Below are positions 24,580 to 38,056 of a stretch of DNA of 64,000 bases, piece after piece; the first letter of the stretch is position 1, and each line of letters starts with the position of its first letter. Origin of the DNA: Utricularia gibba (lineage: Eukaryota > Plantae > Magnoliophyta). The notes under the pieces are model-generated. The model had not been told where the DNA came from and searched no databases. It saw only the letters and a list, made by a program, of their open reading frames with translations. The position numbers and the translations under genes are program-made. The DNA is taken from contig NEEC01000020.1 in NCBI GenBank assembly GCA_002189035.1, forward strand, positions 124,001-188,000. Direction: 5' to 3'.

Positions 24580-25356
24580 CCCAACCTCCGTTCAGTATCC
24601 CGTTTCAATTTATGTTAAATAATATAATTCCATGAAAATCAATTTCTGCATAAAAAATTTATTTGAAATTACTTAAAATATTATGAAATTTAAATATTTT
24701 TACCAAAAATGTGGAAGAGAGATGATTTACTATTTATTATAATTCAATTTCAACATTTTTTTAAATAAACTTTTATTTAAGTGTTTAAATATCTTAAGAA
24801 ATTCCATATAGATTACGAACGAAATAAATTAATAATTTATATAGAAATAATTTCTATAATTTTGTATTTGATCTTTTTTACCAAAGAAAATAACATAAAC
24901 CGTAATAATTGGATATTTGAAACAAATAATATTATATAAAGAGATAATAATTTTTTACATTTAATAGAAAATCTCACATTGATTATAAATGAGAGTAACT
25001 TATAATATTGCATGAGATCGTTTTTTTGAAAGATTAAAACTTAAAATCATAATAATGGAATACAATGATAAGGCTACCCTTTATAGTTTAGAAAATATTA
25101 TAATTAATATAAGTATTTATACCGATGCAAGGATACGCGCTTGTGTTGGGACCCACTGAAGCGGTGTTAGCTGTCAGAGTCAGATGTGTAAGGGCAATTT
25201 GGTCAAATAGTGATAAGTATCAGTTTCTTCCATTTACTCTGTATAAATTAAAGGGTCGGTTTTGTTCGTCACTTCGTCTCCGTCCTGTGCTCCGATCGCT
25301 GTCCGCCGCGAGGTTCGCCGCCTCATTCTCTCCACGGATATCAATTTCATACGGAG

Positions 25357-26884
25357 ATGGAGAGAATGGGAGGTCGCAAGAAGTTCGCGGTCCTCCTATG
25401 CGCTGAGGACTCCGATTACGTGACGAAAGTGTACGGCGGTTACTTCGGAGTTTTCGCCGGAATGCTGAAGGAGGACGGGGAGGTTTGGGATTCATTCGCC
25501 GTGACCAAGGGCGATTTGCCGGCGGACGACGAGATCCACGGCTACGACGGATTCGTGATTACCGGAAGCTGCAGCGACGCTTTCGGAAACGATTTGTGGA
25601 TCCGGAGGTTTCTGGTTCTCCTAAGAAAATTGATCGCGATGAAGAAGAGGATACTCGGCATTTGCTTCGGCCATCAGGTCCGTGATCTCCGAACCTCGAT
25701 TTTAATTTTCATTTCCATTTTTTTTTTCATTTCGCCATCCGCACTAACACTCTCCGTAATCAGTGGTTCCACATTAAGCACAGTAGTTTTATCTAAAAAA
25801 ATGTGAAATTTTGGTAACCCGTCACACTCGACGACACGAACATCATTTTCACAAGGTTTAGACACGTGCTTTGTTAGATTTCTTTTCTTTTTCCAAATTC
25901 CCTTGAATGAATCCCAAAACACAAAAGCTAAGCTTTATTAGGCTCATTCAATAATGGAGGGCAAGCGAAGATAAGGTATGTATGCTCTTTGAATTATTTA
26001 TTGTGTTTGTTAATACATATGCCATAAACATGTGCTTAAAATGCTATTATATTTAAAATCGTAAACAATAATGCCAAGCACAACCTTGTTATTTTCGATA
26101 ATTTTGGAAAAGAATGATGTGTCTGCGTTCTCCCCTGCAACTAGGTAAGATGAGGAGCACCATCTAAAAATATCTGCCCTGTCCTTGTGCTTGTGACAAA
26201 AAGCAGCCCCACCAGGACAATGAATGTCTTGTATTCTCATAATGATCATGTTGCGTTGCAGTTACAGATGGCGCAATTGTGTGGTATATGACTTTTAATT
26301 GTTTGTTTTGTATGGAGTCAGATACTGGGGAGAGCAGTGGGAGGAAAAGTTGGGCGAGCCCGTGCAGGCTGGGACATCGGAACCACTGAAGTGCACTTGT
26401 ACCCTTCACAGTCGTTTGCTTCTCTGAACATGCCGACCTCCCTCAACGTCTTCCAGTTCCACCACGATGAGGTTGCGTTTACTACAACATGCCGACTCCT
26501 CCTCCCACATGCACTAAGCGCCCCTTTTGATGTATATCTCAGATAGTGGAGCTCCCCCGCAAGCAGAGGTGTTGGCCTGGTCAGACCACACGGGGGTGGA
26601 GATGTTTCGATACCGGAACCACGTTCTGGGCATCCAGGGCCACCCCGAGTACACCAAGGACATACTCCTCAACATCATCGACCGCCTCTCCAGTGGGGCG
26701 GTGATCCAGGTGCGCACCTGGAGTAGAATCATTTTGTTTGTTTGGTTATCCATTTGTGTTGCCCCATGTGACGCAGGAGTCTGTTGCTGAGGGAGCCAGG
26801 GCGAGGGTGGAAGAAGGTGTAGGGAGGGCGGACGCAGAGGTGTGGAGGAAGCTCTGCCTCAACTTCCTCAAGGCAAGAGCTTGA
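25357..26884 (+). CDS. GGP: Gamma-glutamyl peptidase (class I glutamine amidotransferase-like), 4 exons
   Basis: KKFAVLLCAEDSDY, YDGFVITGS, nucleophile motif LGICFGHQ, His-Glu motif GIQGHPEY. TATAAAT at 25243. One apparent -1 C at 26554-26558. Confidence 0.92.
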
Positions 26885-27445
26885 AACACTGCGCCATAAG
26901 CAGACCCAGACCGACACTCCATGTGTTTTGATTGTTGTTATTTGGAATTTGCTGCATTGCAAACTGTGATGCAGTTGATTGGAGCCTGGATATAGGAATA
27001 AACCGCTCCCTCCCACTTCCCAAACTTTGTGTGAGAGTTAAACCTCTATTTTCAAGTAATAGATAAATTAAAAGGTCTTATTTTTCAATATATATTTGAA
27101 TTTGTATAGTTTCTTTACTCATGTTTTTTAAAACTATTTTTTGATTATTTATTATAAATATGTTTACCAAATATATAGCAGTATTCTGTAAAATTTTTAA
27201 AACATGTTTTTAATTTTTAAAATTATTTTAAAAAAGTAAAATTAAGAATTAACAGTAATTAATTTATTATTTTTCTAAAAATAATTTTTGTATTATAATT
27301 TTAAAAGTATTTTTAATAAAATTATTTTTAAAATTAAAAATGTTCTACAATAAAATTATTTTTATTTTTAAAAATTAAAAATAGGTTTTAAAAATTTTAC
27401 ATAACATTGTTTATATTTTCTTCAAATTTTATACCTAAATTTAAA

Positions 27446-27469
27446 TGGGCCTATATTAAATCAGGCCCA
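27446..27469. promoter_or_regulatory. Site II element pair upstream of DRP3
   Basis: TGGGCC 27446-27451 and AGGCCCA 27463-27469, about 290 bp upstream of the ATG. Confidence 0.5.
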
Positions 27470-27751
27470 TATTGGTTTTACTCAAGGTCCCGTCCAAAGA
27501 CGGAGGAGAAACCCGTCATTTCAAATGAAGCGACGAACCAGTTCGTTCCACTCGAGGGTAGCCCCAACGGTCACCCTTCTCTCTTTTTGTTCCTTGGGGT
27601 GAATCTGCGGCAGGGTGTCTCCGTCTTTGTGGTTTGACTTGCGGGATACTCCGCTCCACTCGTAAAGAATTTCCTGCAGCTACAAAACCCGTCTGTTAAT
27701 TGATCGCTGTGGGATTTAACGCCTTGGGAATCTCCGGTAGTTTGATTGGGG

Positions 27752-30700
27752 ATGGCGGAAGAACAGACGGCACGGTTAGGGAATTCGGTGATACCGATGG
27801 TGAATAAGTTGCAGGACATCTTTTCGCAACTGGGGAGCCAATCCACAATCGAGCTGCCGCAGGTTGCCGTTGTCGGAAGCCAGAGCAGCGGTAAATCGAG
27901 TGTGCTGGAGGCGCTCGTGGGTCGTGATTTCTTGCCGCGTGGGAGTGGTATTGTTACCCGGAGGCCGCTCGTGCTGCAGCTGGTGCAGACAAAGAGGAAG
28001 GGTGATACTGTGGAACAGGAGTGGGGGAGTTTTTGCATTGTCCGGATATTAAGTTCTTTGATTTTGCGGAGATAAGGAAGGAGATTCAGGTCTCTCTACA
28101 TTTGTTTTTCTTAAACTAATGTAAAGTTGTAAAGAGCATATGTAGCTTACCTTCGCGCATCGTTTATAATGTATGGTTTCGTTTGTTTAACCATTACAGG
28201 CGGAGACTGATAGGGAAGCTGGTGGAAACAAGGGTGTTTCTGATAAGCAAATACGCTTGAAGATTTTTTCACCAAATGTTCTTGACATCACGCTTGTTGA
28301 CCTTCCGGGCCTGACAAAAGTTCCGGTTGGAGATCAGCCATCTGATATTGAAGCACGTATCAGGACAATGATAATGTCGTACATACGACGTCAAACTTGT
28401 CTTATCCTTGCAGTGACACCTGCGAATGCTGATCTGGCAAATTCAGATGCTCTTCAGATGGCTGGAGCTGCTGATCCTGATGGTTAGTCATTCCCTGAGT
28501 TATATTCTGAAATTGCGTTTGGACATTTTATTTAAGTAGTTTATGGATTTTAGTTATCACGAGAAATCTTCATGCATTTCAGGTTATAGAACAATTGGCG
28601 TGATCACAAAGGTAATTATGCATTTTTCCTGTCGTTCTGTGTTTTTTTTTTTAAAATTTCTTACTAACTGTTTTTTTAAAAAAAAATTTTGTTGCTTCAG
28701 TTAGACATCATGGATAGGGGTACAGATGCTCGCAATTTCTTGCTTGGAAAAGTAATTCCTCTTCGTCTTGGGTATGTTGGTGTTGTAAACCGCAGCCAAG
28801 AGGTAATGTATACTGACTATTCTTTTTTTCTTCCTTCAATTTTAGATTGAAATTGAAGTGTTCCGTTGTTTTCCATCAGGATATTGTGCTGAATCGTAGC
28901 ATCAAAGATGCTCTTATTGCAGAGGAGAAGTTCTTCCGTAGCCGGCCTGTGGGACCTCTTTTTTTTTTTTTTCCATGTTTCCGCACATCATACGCTTTGT
29001 ATTTTGCTTCTCCATAATTTTTTTTACTGTTCCTACAGGCGTACAATGAACTTGCTGATCGGTGTGGAGTTCCACAATTGGCCAAGAAGCTGAACCAGGT
29101 AATCTTTGAGACTCAATATTCCACGAGCCATGATCCCCATGAAAATGTCTAAAATCTCTCTTGTTTCTCATTCATTTCTTGCTTATTTATATGGCACATA
29201 ATTTCGTTGAACAGGTTCTGGTACAACATATTAAGTCAGTTCTTCCGGGTTTGAAATCACGCATCAGTGCTGCACTGGTTTCTGTTGCGAAAGAGCATGC
29301 TAGCTATGGAGTAATTTCTGAATCAAAGGTTGAAGTCCCTTCAGTTTTTAATATATGATATTTAGGAATATTTCATTTATGTGGCTTGTTGTTTCCCTTA
29401 CATATGACACTTATTTTCAGTGTTCACCTGTATACAGCATGCATTCATCTTTTGTTTGAATTTTCTGGTGCATTCGTGAGTGTATCTTTTTTCCTCAATT
29501 AACAGGCTAGCCAGGGAGCACTAATTCTGAAGTTTCTTGCCAAATATTGTGAAGGTGCGTAACTGACCTTGTGACATGTCCAATTACTTTTTTGAAAGTA
29601 AGTCTGTGGAGCAGTGGTTTAGACTCTGGCGTATTTAGTGTTGGACCCATAATTACGGTTTAGACTCTGGTGTATTTAGTTTTGGAGATATAATACGAAC
29701 AAGTCTTTTTGATAGTTATTATCAATATTTTCAGAATTCTGTTCGGTGATTGAAGGAAAAAGTGAGGAAATGCCAACTTCTGAACTGTCTGGAGGCGCAA
29801 GAATTCATTACATATTTCAACATATTTTTGTTCGTAGCTTAGAGGTCAGTGAAGTCTGTTTCAATTCCTGTTGATGATACCATATTTTGAGACACATTAT
29901 ACCTTTTACTGCAGGATGTGGATCCTTGTGAAGGTTTAACTGATGATGATATCCGCACCGCAATTCAAAATGCAACTGGTCCACAGTCGGCATTGTTTGT
30001 TCCCGAAGTGAGTCATAAGGCTGATTCTCTTTCTGTTCCATTCTGGGCTTGGTTTCTGTGAACTGTCATTTAGTCTGAATCATGCAATATGCATAAAAAC
30101 ATCCAGGTCCCTTTTCAAGTTCTTGTTAGAAGACAGATATCAAGATTGCTGGATCCTAGTCTTCAATGTGCAAGGTTTATATATGATGAATTACTCAAGG
30201 TAAATACATTTTAGCATCATCTAACTAAAGTTTTGTTTCCTGGTAACTGACGTTTTTTGTTTCATTTTCTTGTGTAAAAGATTAGCCATCGCTGTCTTGT
30301 GAGTGAACTCCAAAGATTTCCTATCTTGAGGAAACGTATGGATGAGGTTACTAGCAACTTTTTAAGGAAAGGACTGGAGCCATCAGAGACCATGATCGGC
30401 CACATTATTGAAATGCAGGTACGGTGGATTCTCATAGTGTGTCCTCTACTGTTAATTTCATTTCTTTTGTGCTTTATGTGGTCGTTTTTCTTGCTAATAT
30501 TGTTTGCTATGGCGCCATTCAGCAGTACTCATTGATCTGGCAAGGAACATTTTAATGCTAGTCATTGCATTTCCTGATCATATTGAATAATATGGTTATG
30601 GGTATTTATTTTTATCATTATGACTATCCTTGAATTTTGCTTTCTATGACTCGGCTGTGTTTATTCAAATCTCGGTTCAACTCTTATAGGGCCTTCTTCA

Positions 30701-32231
30701 CTGTTTGTTATTAGATAGATTACATAAACACTTCGCATCCAAACTTTGTTGGGGGAGTAAAGCTGTGGAGGTGGCACTACAGCAAGTGAAATCTTCAAGA
30801 ATGGCTGCAACAATGGCCGGCAAAAAGGTGAGAGTTCGCATGCTTGTAACTGATGCGAATCGAAAAAAATTGGTTAATTTATTAACATGTAGTTTGATTA
30901 CTCATTAGGAAACGGTAGATACTGAAAAGTTGCCAAACGCAGAAAAAAGTTCAAAGTTACTAAGTATACTTGGTCGTCAAGGGAATGGAATTACTCCTGA
31001 CCCAGTACGTCATCTACTAGACAAGAAGTTAGCCCACTTCTTGAATTTACTCATCATTCATGTTTATTTTTTCATTAACTTAGGCTGCTCGTCCGGTGAC
31101 TGAGGGAGAGAAAACTGCACCGTCTGGTAATTCTGTAACTATAGATTTAATTATGACACTCTCAAGGTCGAATATCCATATGTTGTTCTGCCAATTTTGC
31201 AGGCTCATCTTGGGAATATCTTCAATTTTTAGTAGCCATGATAATCGCGTGTCTGTGAAAGACATCTCCACGAACAAGCCTTTCGGTGAATCTGTCCAAA
31301 GTTTGGATTTTGCATACTCAACAATTCAGTTGAAAGAGGTACCGCTTTTAGACACTTCTTCTTCCATCCATAGCTTTTCATTTGTACTGATTTTCTGTTA
31401 TTCCAATTTGTTGAAAAGCCACCAAGTGTGTTGAGGCCATCAGATACCCACTCGGAACAAGAAGCTATTGAAATTTCTGTGACGAAGCTGTTGCTAAGGT
31501 CATATTATGACATCGTTCGAAAGAGCATTGAGGATTTGGTGCCGAAAGCCATTATGCATTTTCTGGTATTTCCTCTTCATTTTCATAAATTTTCATTCCT
31601 GCAGCATTCTGATGCCTGATAAATTCTTATTCATGGTGCTTCAATATTTACTCACAGGTGAACCACACGAAGCGGGAACTCCATAATGTCTTCATAGAAA
31701 AACTTTACAAGTACGTTTTGAGCATAAATTCCCCCACCCCACCCTCCCTCCCACCGCCACTCCGAAACTGAGTCACCTCTTATGGTTGGGATTAGGGATG
31801 CTTTGTTTGAAGAGATGTTGCAGGAACCTGAAGAGGTATCCCTCAAGCGAAAGCGTGCCCGAGATACACTTAAGGTCCTTCAGCAAGCTTGGCAGGTTGA
31901 TATGTCTGCATATCTTTTGCACCATAAACCAGTCACTGGATGGCTTTATTTGTTGCATGTCCGCTAATGTTTCCTTGTCATGCAGACACTGGATGAACTT
32001 CCGCTTGAAGCTGAGAGTGTAGAGAGAGGATACGCCTTGACTAACGCTGACACCACCGGCCTTTCAAAGATCCATGGACTTCCAACTTCATCACTCCACA
32101 GCGGTAGCAGTGGTTCAACAGACTCCAGCAGTATTTCCTCCATGCACCCGAAGGGACCCAAATCTGTCGATCTTACTAGTCTTGGTGGACGCAATTCTCT
32201 ACCACCACTTTATCCTGCCATGGACACGTAA
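27752..32231 (+). CDS. DRP3: Dynamin-related protein 3 (mitochondrial/peroxisomal fission GTPase)
   Basis: [17 protein letters not shown]-loop [47 protein letters not shown] region [26 protein letters not shown]. Three apparent -1 G (28023, 30751, 31212). Confidence 0.97.
29616..29696 (+). repeat. Imperfect 41-nt tandem duplication in a DRP3 intron
   Basis: GGTTTAGACTCTGG(C/T)GTATTTAGT(G/T)TTGGA starts at 29616 and at 29657. Confidence 0.9.
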
Positions 32232-33239
32232 TTTGCTCTACCTTCCTCGTGTCTGTGGTGGATAAAATAGAGCATATTCTTTGTGAATTCAGGGATGAAA
32301 CTAATTGCTACTAGGAGGGTCAGTTTCCTGACTGTAAGTGCTCCATTAAGAATGTACAGGTGCTATTGCTTCCGTGATTGCTTTCTTTCCTCCCTGTAAA
32401 AGAAGATAGGTTGCGGGTATTTTTTGGGGATGATGATCTTGTTTTGCTGCTCGTATCTCGTCATCTTCGAATGAAATTCTGGCTAAACATTTCATTGTTT
32501 GTTTATGTATCTTCCAGTTGAAGAAGCAGCGGTTGCATAAAATTGTCCAGAATGACATTCAGAAAACAAGAACAGTCTGATATTCTCGTAACGCATGCGC
32601 CTGGATACCATTTTGGCATCGTAGATTTAAACTGAGAAACCCATTGGTGAATTATCAAATCTAACTTGATTTTGGATGAATTCAAGCCTGCTGAAGTCTG
32701 AATATATCAGATTTCCCTGCCGCTACTGAACCTGCCCCCGAACCTCTGCTAATCTCAAATGCTCTGTAGCTGATGCCTCATACAATGTTTATGCATACAG
32801 TGCCCGGATTATAAAGCCAAAAAATCCAGACGAAATTGTAAGAGTCTTAACAAAGGTTTTGTCTTTATCCCAAAGACTGAATTTTGATAATGTTATCGAA
32901 AACAATCTAATCTCCTGTTTTCTTGGTGGATTACTAGATTTTTTTGCTGGCAGCTCTATCCAGGTCCACAGGAGAGGGAAATACAGCTATGTGCTGTGGT
33001 CCTTGTGGTTGAAATGCTTCCAACTCTGAAGGAAGGTTGTGGCTCTGATTTCTCAGGACCCCCACACCGTTGGATCGGAATCATTTTCTGGACGCATGGG
33101 TTCCTCCGCCGATGGGCGGTTGCTTTAATATAATTGTGAGACTATTATAAATCAGCCGGCCGTCGTAGTTCGCTTGCTCTTTCTTAATTCATAAAGTAAA
33201 CCCCATTTCTGCTTCAGTTTCTGGGAATCGTTGCCTAAG

Positions 33240-35056
33240 ATGGTTCTTCGCACCATTTTACAGTCTTCGGCCTCCCATTTTACCCTCTCTGTTAGCTTTC
33301 CGGAAACTTACTCCGCGGCTTCGAATGTATGTAGCTATGGTTTCGATTTGTGCTTTTTTAGGTTTATCGTAATGGGTGATGTTGATCTGAGCAGATCCTT
33401 GGTTCTGATTGGAGATCTCGGAATATCAAGCTGACCCGGATGCGAGTTTTGGATAATTCAAAGTGGGTACATCAGGAATTTCGTGTTTGATATGAGCATT
33501 CTGTGTTTCCTGCTTGTAGTTATGATTTAGGAAGATGCTTATATTTTTTAGCCATCACTCAATGTTTTCAAATCTGGGATTTTCTGTTCAATTCCCTACT
33601 GATTACAACTCGTTGTTGAGAAAATGAGTCTCTGTAGTCGCGCTGGCTTTCATGTTTCTCTGTGATCTAGCAATTTGTGAATTTTTTGTTTTGATCTTCT
33701 GCAGTCATATTGCCTGTCGTTCATATGGTGTTTGAGTTTTCCAAATCGTGTGAATTGATACAGTTTATCCATCTCTCCTTGTCCATCCCCGTGATTCTAA
33801 CTATGCTTTTCTGTTATGAAGGAATTCCAAACTTAGAATAAAGGCCGTGATGGAATCCTTCCGCCTGCCGAAGGAGATTATAATCGAACAACCAAAAGAA
33901 GGTGGGACGACAGAGGATTTCAGGAAAATGAAAAAGAAATTTCTTGATTTCAAAAGTGACATATACATGTGAGGATTTTGACAATGCATCTCAAACTTTT
34001 GAGTAGTGGAGATGCTCGCCTTTTGATAGTTACTTTGTTATTCGTTGTAGGCGCAATCCTGAAGTCTTTAACCGGCTTTCTGAGAATCAATCGCCGAAGG
34101 TACAACTCTGTTGCTGCGTATACTTTTGTACATTTTGATGTTGTGAAGGAAGTCTTACATTCTGGGAGACAGTTCATGGTGATAGCTTGTGCAGACTCCC
34201 GAGTCTGTCCATCGAAGATTCTAGGATTTGAACCGGGAGAGGCGTTTTGTGTTCGAAATGTGGCAAACATGGTGCCATCACACGAGGTATCAGTGTTCAT
34301 TTTCAATGGATTCTGAAGGGTATGCGGTGCGAAACCAGCAGCTGCTAACAGTCTGTTTCATTGATGCAGAGCGGACCTTCAGAAACTAATGCTGCTCTTG
34401 AGTTCGCTGTTAACACTCTTCTAGTAAGTATACCACCACTTCAGTTCAGCAGTTAAATCGCCATTTCGGTTTTTACAAAAGTGATTGATGTGAGCTCCTG
34501 CACATGCAGGTTGAGAACATACTGATCGTTGGCCATTCCCGCTGTGGAGGAATTCAGGCCTTGATGAGCTTGCCAGAGGAAGCAAACTCCAGGTATCTTC
34601 ATTTCCAGATCCAAATCAGTAGGCGCCCATTGGTTTTCCACTAAGCTCGAATGTGTGCTTATGCAGCTTCATTGCAAACTGGGTTCGAGTCGGAAAACCA
34701 GCTCGATCGAAAACCAGGTCTGTTGCATCACACCTCAACTTCGATCAGCAATGCAAGCACTGCGAGAAGGTAAATTCCATGGTGTTCACTACATTTTTTA
34801 CCACCTCCCTGTCTCCGACTCCATGATGCACATGCACCCCCCCCTCTCTCTGCAGGAGTCGATCAACAAGTCTCTGCTCAACTTGCTCACTTATCCATGG
34901 ATAGAGGAGAAGGTGAGACAGGGCAAGCTTTCTCTCCACGGCGGCTACTACGACTTCACCGATTGTTCCTTCGAGAAGTGGACCGTCGACTACGCCGGAA
35001 ACGGCCGGCTCTCCGACACCAGCCTTTCCATCAAAGATCAAGAGTTGTGGACATGA
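33240..35056 (+). CDS. BCA5: Beta-carbonic anhydrase, BCA5/6-like, probably organelle-targeted
   Basis: Zinc ligands [14 protein letters not shown] and [11 protein letters not shown], plus [11 protein letters not shown] and [23 protein letters not shown]-terminal exons (ATG at 33240) are less certain. Confidence 0.9.
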
Positions 35057-35710
35057 GAGGGTGTCGTCCGGGTCTGGTGGTCTGCTGTGTACGCCTTATC
35101 TAGCAAATAAGCAGTGTATCTGGTGGTTTGTTTGTTGTTCGCGAAATAAAAGTTTGATGTGCTGCTGTATCCAAATCCCCACATCCTCTGTTTGTTGACA
35201 AAATTCTGTTTCATTAATCACATCAATTAAAATCAAAGAAACATTTCAATCGAAATGTAAATTTAAACTGGATTGCAATGAGTTATTCGATCAGTTCTCC
35301 AGAATTCTGAATTTTGACCAAAATACAAAATCCAGAACTTTCCTGAATTTAAAACCTTGCTGTAAACATGGAAACGAAGCAAATACGGCTACAAGCAAGA
35401 AGCAGCAGCAGATGGGAAAGATGGAATTGGAATTTAGAGCATTTGGGGCTTAGAAGAAGAAGAAGGTCATTGGAAACGGTTAGCTAAGCATTCTATCTAC
35501 AGAGAGAGAGAGTGAGAGAGGGAGTCAGAGTTCCTCCCATGCTCTTCATTCACTGGTAAAAGTAGTATATTTGCAAGAGACTCGATTTCCAGCACAGAAA
35601 TGGGAGTCGAATTCAATGAACCCACCCGCCCGCCTCGCCAGATGCTGCCTCAGCTTCAAGAGCACAGCTTTCTGTTAGGGGGAGTTACCAGTCCACACCG
35701 CCAGCCACCT

Positions 35711-37327
35711 TCAAAACGCTGTACAGAGGGTGCTACTCTTCATGTTAGACGAGCACTCCGGTTGAATGCTACTTACTACCAAGGGGTTAACTATCCTGCT
35801 CCTCTTATGCTCTGATATCCTCACACGAGAGATCGCTGCGGCCAGCATGTCGACTAAGCCGCCGCTGTCCTCGCCGTCGGCTACCCCGGTTGAGGTTGAT
35901 GCGGCGCTCGAGCCATCACTGACCATACTACACACTACTAGCCTTTTCCTCTCTGACTCCGTTGCACGCTTTGGAGTCAGATGTGCTGATGTTAGTCTTC
36001 TGTTGGTGGTCTTCTTTGCTTCTACTGAAGAGTCCATTGGTGAAGACTCGGTGTAGAAGGAAATCCATGGATGCTCTGCAGGAGACGATGATCATTGAGG
36101 CCTCTTGCTGTATCGAAAAAAAAACCCAACAAATGTCACTTACGTAAGACCTCGCTTGCGGTGAGCCTTGCAGAGACATTTCTCATCAGCATTCTTGAAA
36201 CGAGATCACGAGCAAGATGTGAAACAGATTCCCACAAGTTACCACTAAATTCAAGCTTCTCCTTCTTTATGGAGTCAAAAATGGCTTCTACCGAATCGCC
36301 TTGAAATGGAAGGGTCCCAACTAGGAGCGCATGAAGCAGAACACCAGCACTCCAGATATCTACTTTTTCAGAGTAACTGCCTGAAAAAACTTCTGGGCGA
36401 TATACGAGGGGCTACCAACGACACCCGTTAAGGTTTGACCTGCAGCAAGAAAACAATTATGATGAATAGATTGAGCACATGAAGACACTACAACTACAAC
36501 TAATTCACAATACAAAAGATAAAGATGCAATATTAGAATTAACCCGCAAGGAGATGGTTCTGGTTATTACCATCTAAGATTCTCACAGCTAAGCCAAAGT
36601 CAGCAAGTTTCATTTGCCCGGAATTCGTGAGAAGGATATTCTCTGGCTTTATATCCCGATGAACTACACCCATCTCATGGCAATACCGGATTGCGAGCAT
36701 CAAATCCTTGATGACAATAGCAGCCTGCTGTTCTGAGTAGTAGCCAACTCTAGCCATTTGATCAAGCAAACGTCCACCGGAACAAAGTTCCATAACAAGA
36801 TGAAACGAATCGGCATCCTCATAAACAGCCTTTAGTGTCACAACTCCAGGGTGCCCTGACAAGTGCTGCATGATTTCAACTTCACGGTGCACAATTTCCT
36901 CCCCTTTCCTCAAATTTTTGCAAGCAAACTCCTCGCCAGTTTTTTTGCTACGACAAAGGATGACGGAACCAAACTTCCCCTTCCCAATGGTTTCAGCCAA
37001 TTCAAACTCATTGCCAATTTTCTTCTTCCTACCCAAACGTGTGGCTGCGTCTATACAACCAATTTTCCGTTTAAGACCTCTCCCAGGCAATTCCAAGCTT
37101 GCAGTCACGCAAGCAGGAGCAGTGGCAACACCCATCTTTTGAATAACAGATCTGGCAACATCAACAATTTTTGAAACCACCAACTCTTTGCACTTCTTCT
37201 TCCGATTCGCATAATCTTCAAACGAAAAATGTGACCAGAAAACATGACGCTGGGGTTGTTCATTTGCATCCTCTTGGCACCCAGGCGATATGTCAAACCC
37301 TTTCCTCTTCCTTCTTAAGCACTCCAT
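35711..37327 (-). CDS. PEPKR2: Phosphoenolpyruvate carboxylase-related kinase 2 (CDPK-SnRK superfamily), 3 exons
   Basis: RGLKRKIGCIDAATR, IGKGKFGSV, HRDIKPEN, ADFGLA, VDMLAAAISRVRISEHKRSR, end TLCTAF*. Exons 37327-36571, 36439-36144, 36075-35711. One apparent -1 C at 36395-36397, in the APE motif. Confidence 0.93.
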
Positions 37328-38031
37328 GTATGTTTCACGTTTCCCGGCTTTGCGAGGTCATAGAGACATTAGAAGCCTAAAATTAAATCAAAAAAGCATA
37401 GCAAACAGTGCACAATTCAACCAAGGCAACGCTTTGTTAAAGAAAAACTCAGTCAAACCCGCAAAAACCCAAAGTTGAAGTTTCTCACAGCAATGTCATC
37501 ACAGAAACAGCACAAAGCAATCGCTAACTTCCCACATTCGCATAAAAGAGAGGGCTTTCGTACTTCTTCCGGCGACCCATTCTGTCAATCGCGTCCAATC
37601 ACACCCCCCAACAAAATCACCGCCCCTCCTTACACAACCACGATCGACAGATTTCAGACAACGATCATACTCCACATGATAAACCCTAGAAAACTCCGAA
37701 CCGAGTCATTGAAAACCCTAAGGATCCAGCGACGATTCAGAGGCAATTTCACCCAACGAGTAAGTCGTGAAATTGGAGAGACACAACGCGTAAAGACGAG
37801 AAGGGTGAATTGTTGATCAGTTATCTGACAGCCAACCTGCTCCGTGCAGAAAGGCGCATGTGAACCCGCTTTGAATCGATGGTGGGGACGACGTCCTTTT
37901 TCATCCAACGGCTGAGATCCTATTCATCCGTCGGCTCATATTCACCTAATCTGTACGGAGGAATAAGTTGCCCCAGGGAACTTGATCTGCACCACTGCTA
38001 GTAAAGGCCATTCATTCCACTTCCATCTACA

Positions 38032-38056
38032 TGGGCCTGCCCCTGGGCCTGGCCCA
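38032..38056. promoter_or_regulatory. Site II cluster upstream of PEPKR2
   Basis: TGGGCC 38032, TGGGCC 38044, GGCCCA 38051. Confidence 0.5.

Noticed and set aside
24600-27420. Extremely AT-rich spacers (24600-25120, 27050-27420; similar at 38060-38520) with recurring AATAAAATTATTTTTA-like words
   Set aside because: Low-complexity intergenic DNA. No terminal inverted repeats, target-site duplications or regular repeat-spacer period, so neither a MITE nor a CRISPR call can be supported.
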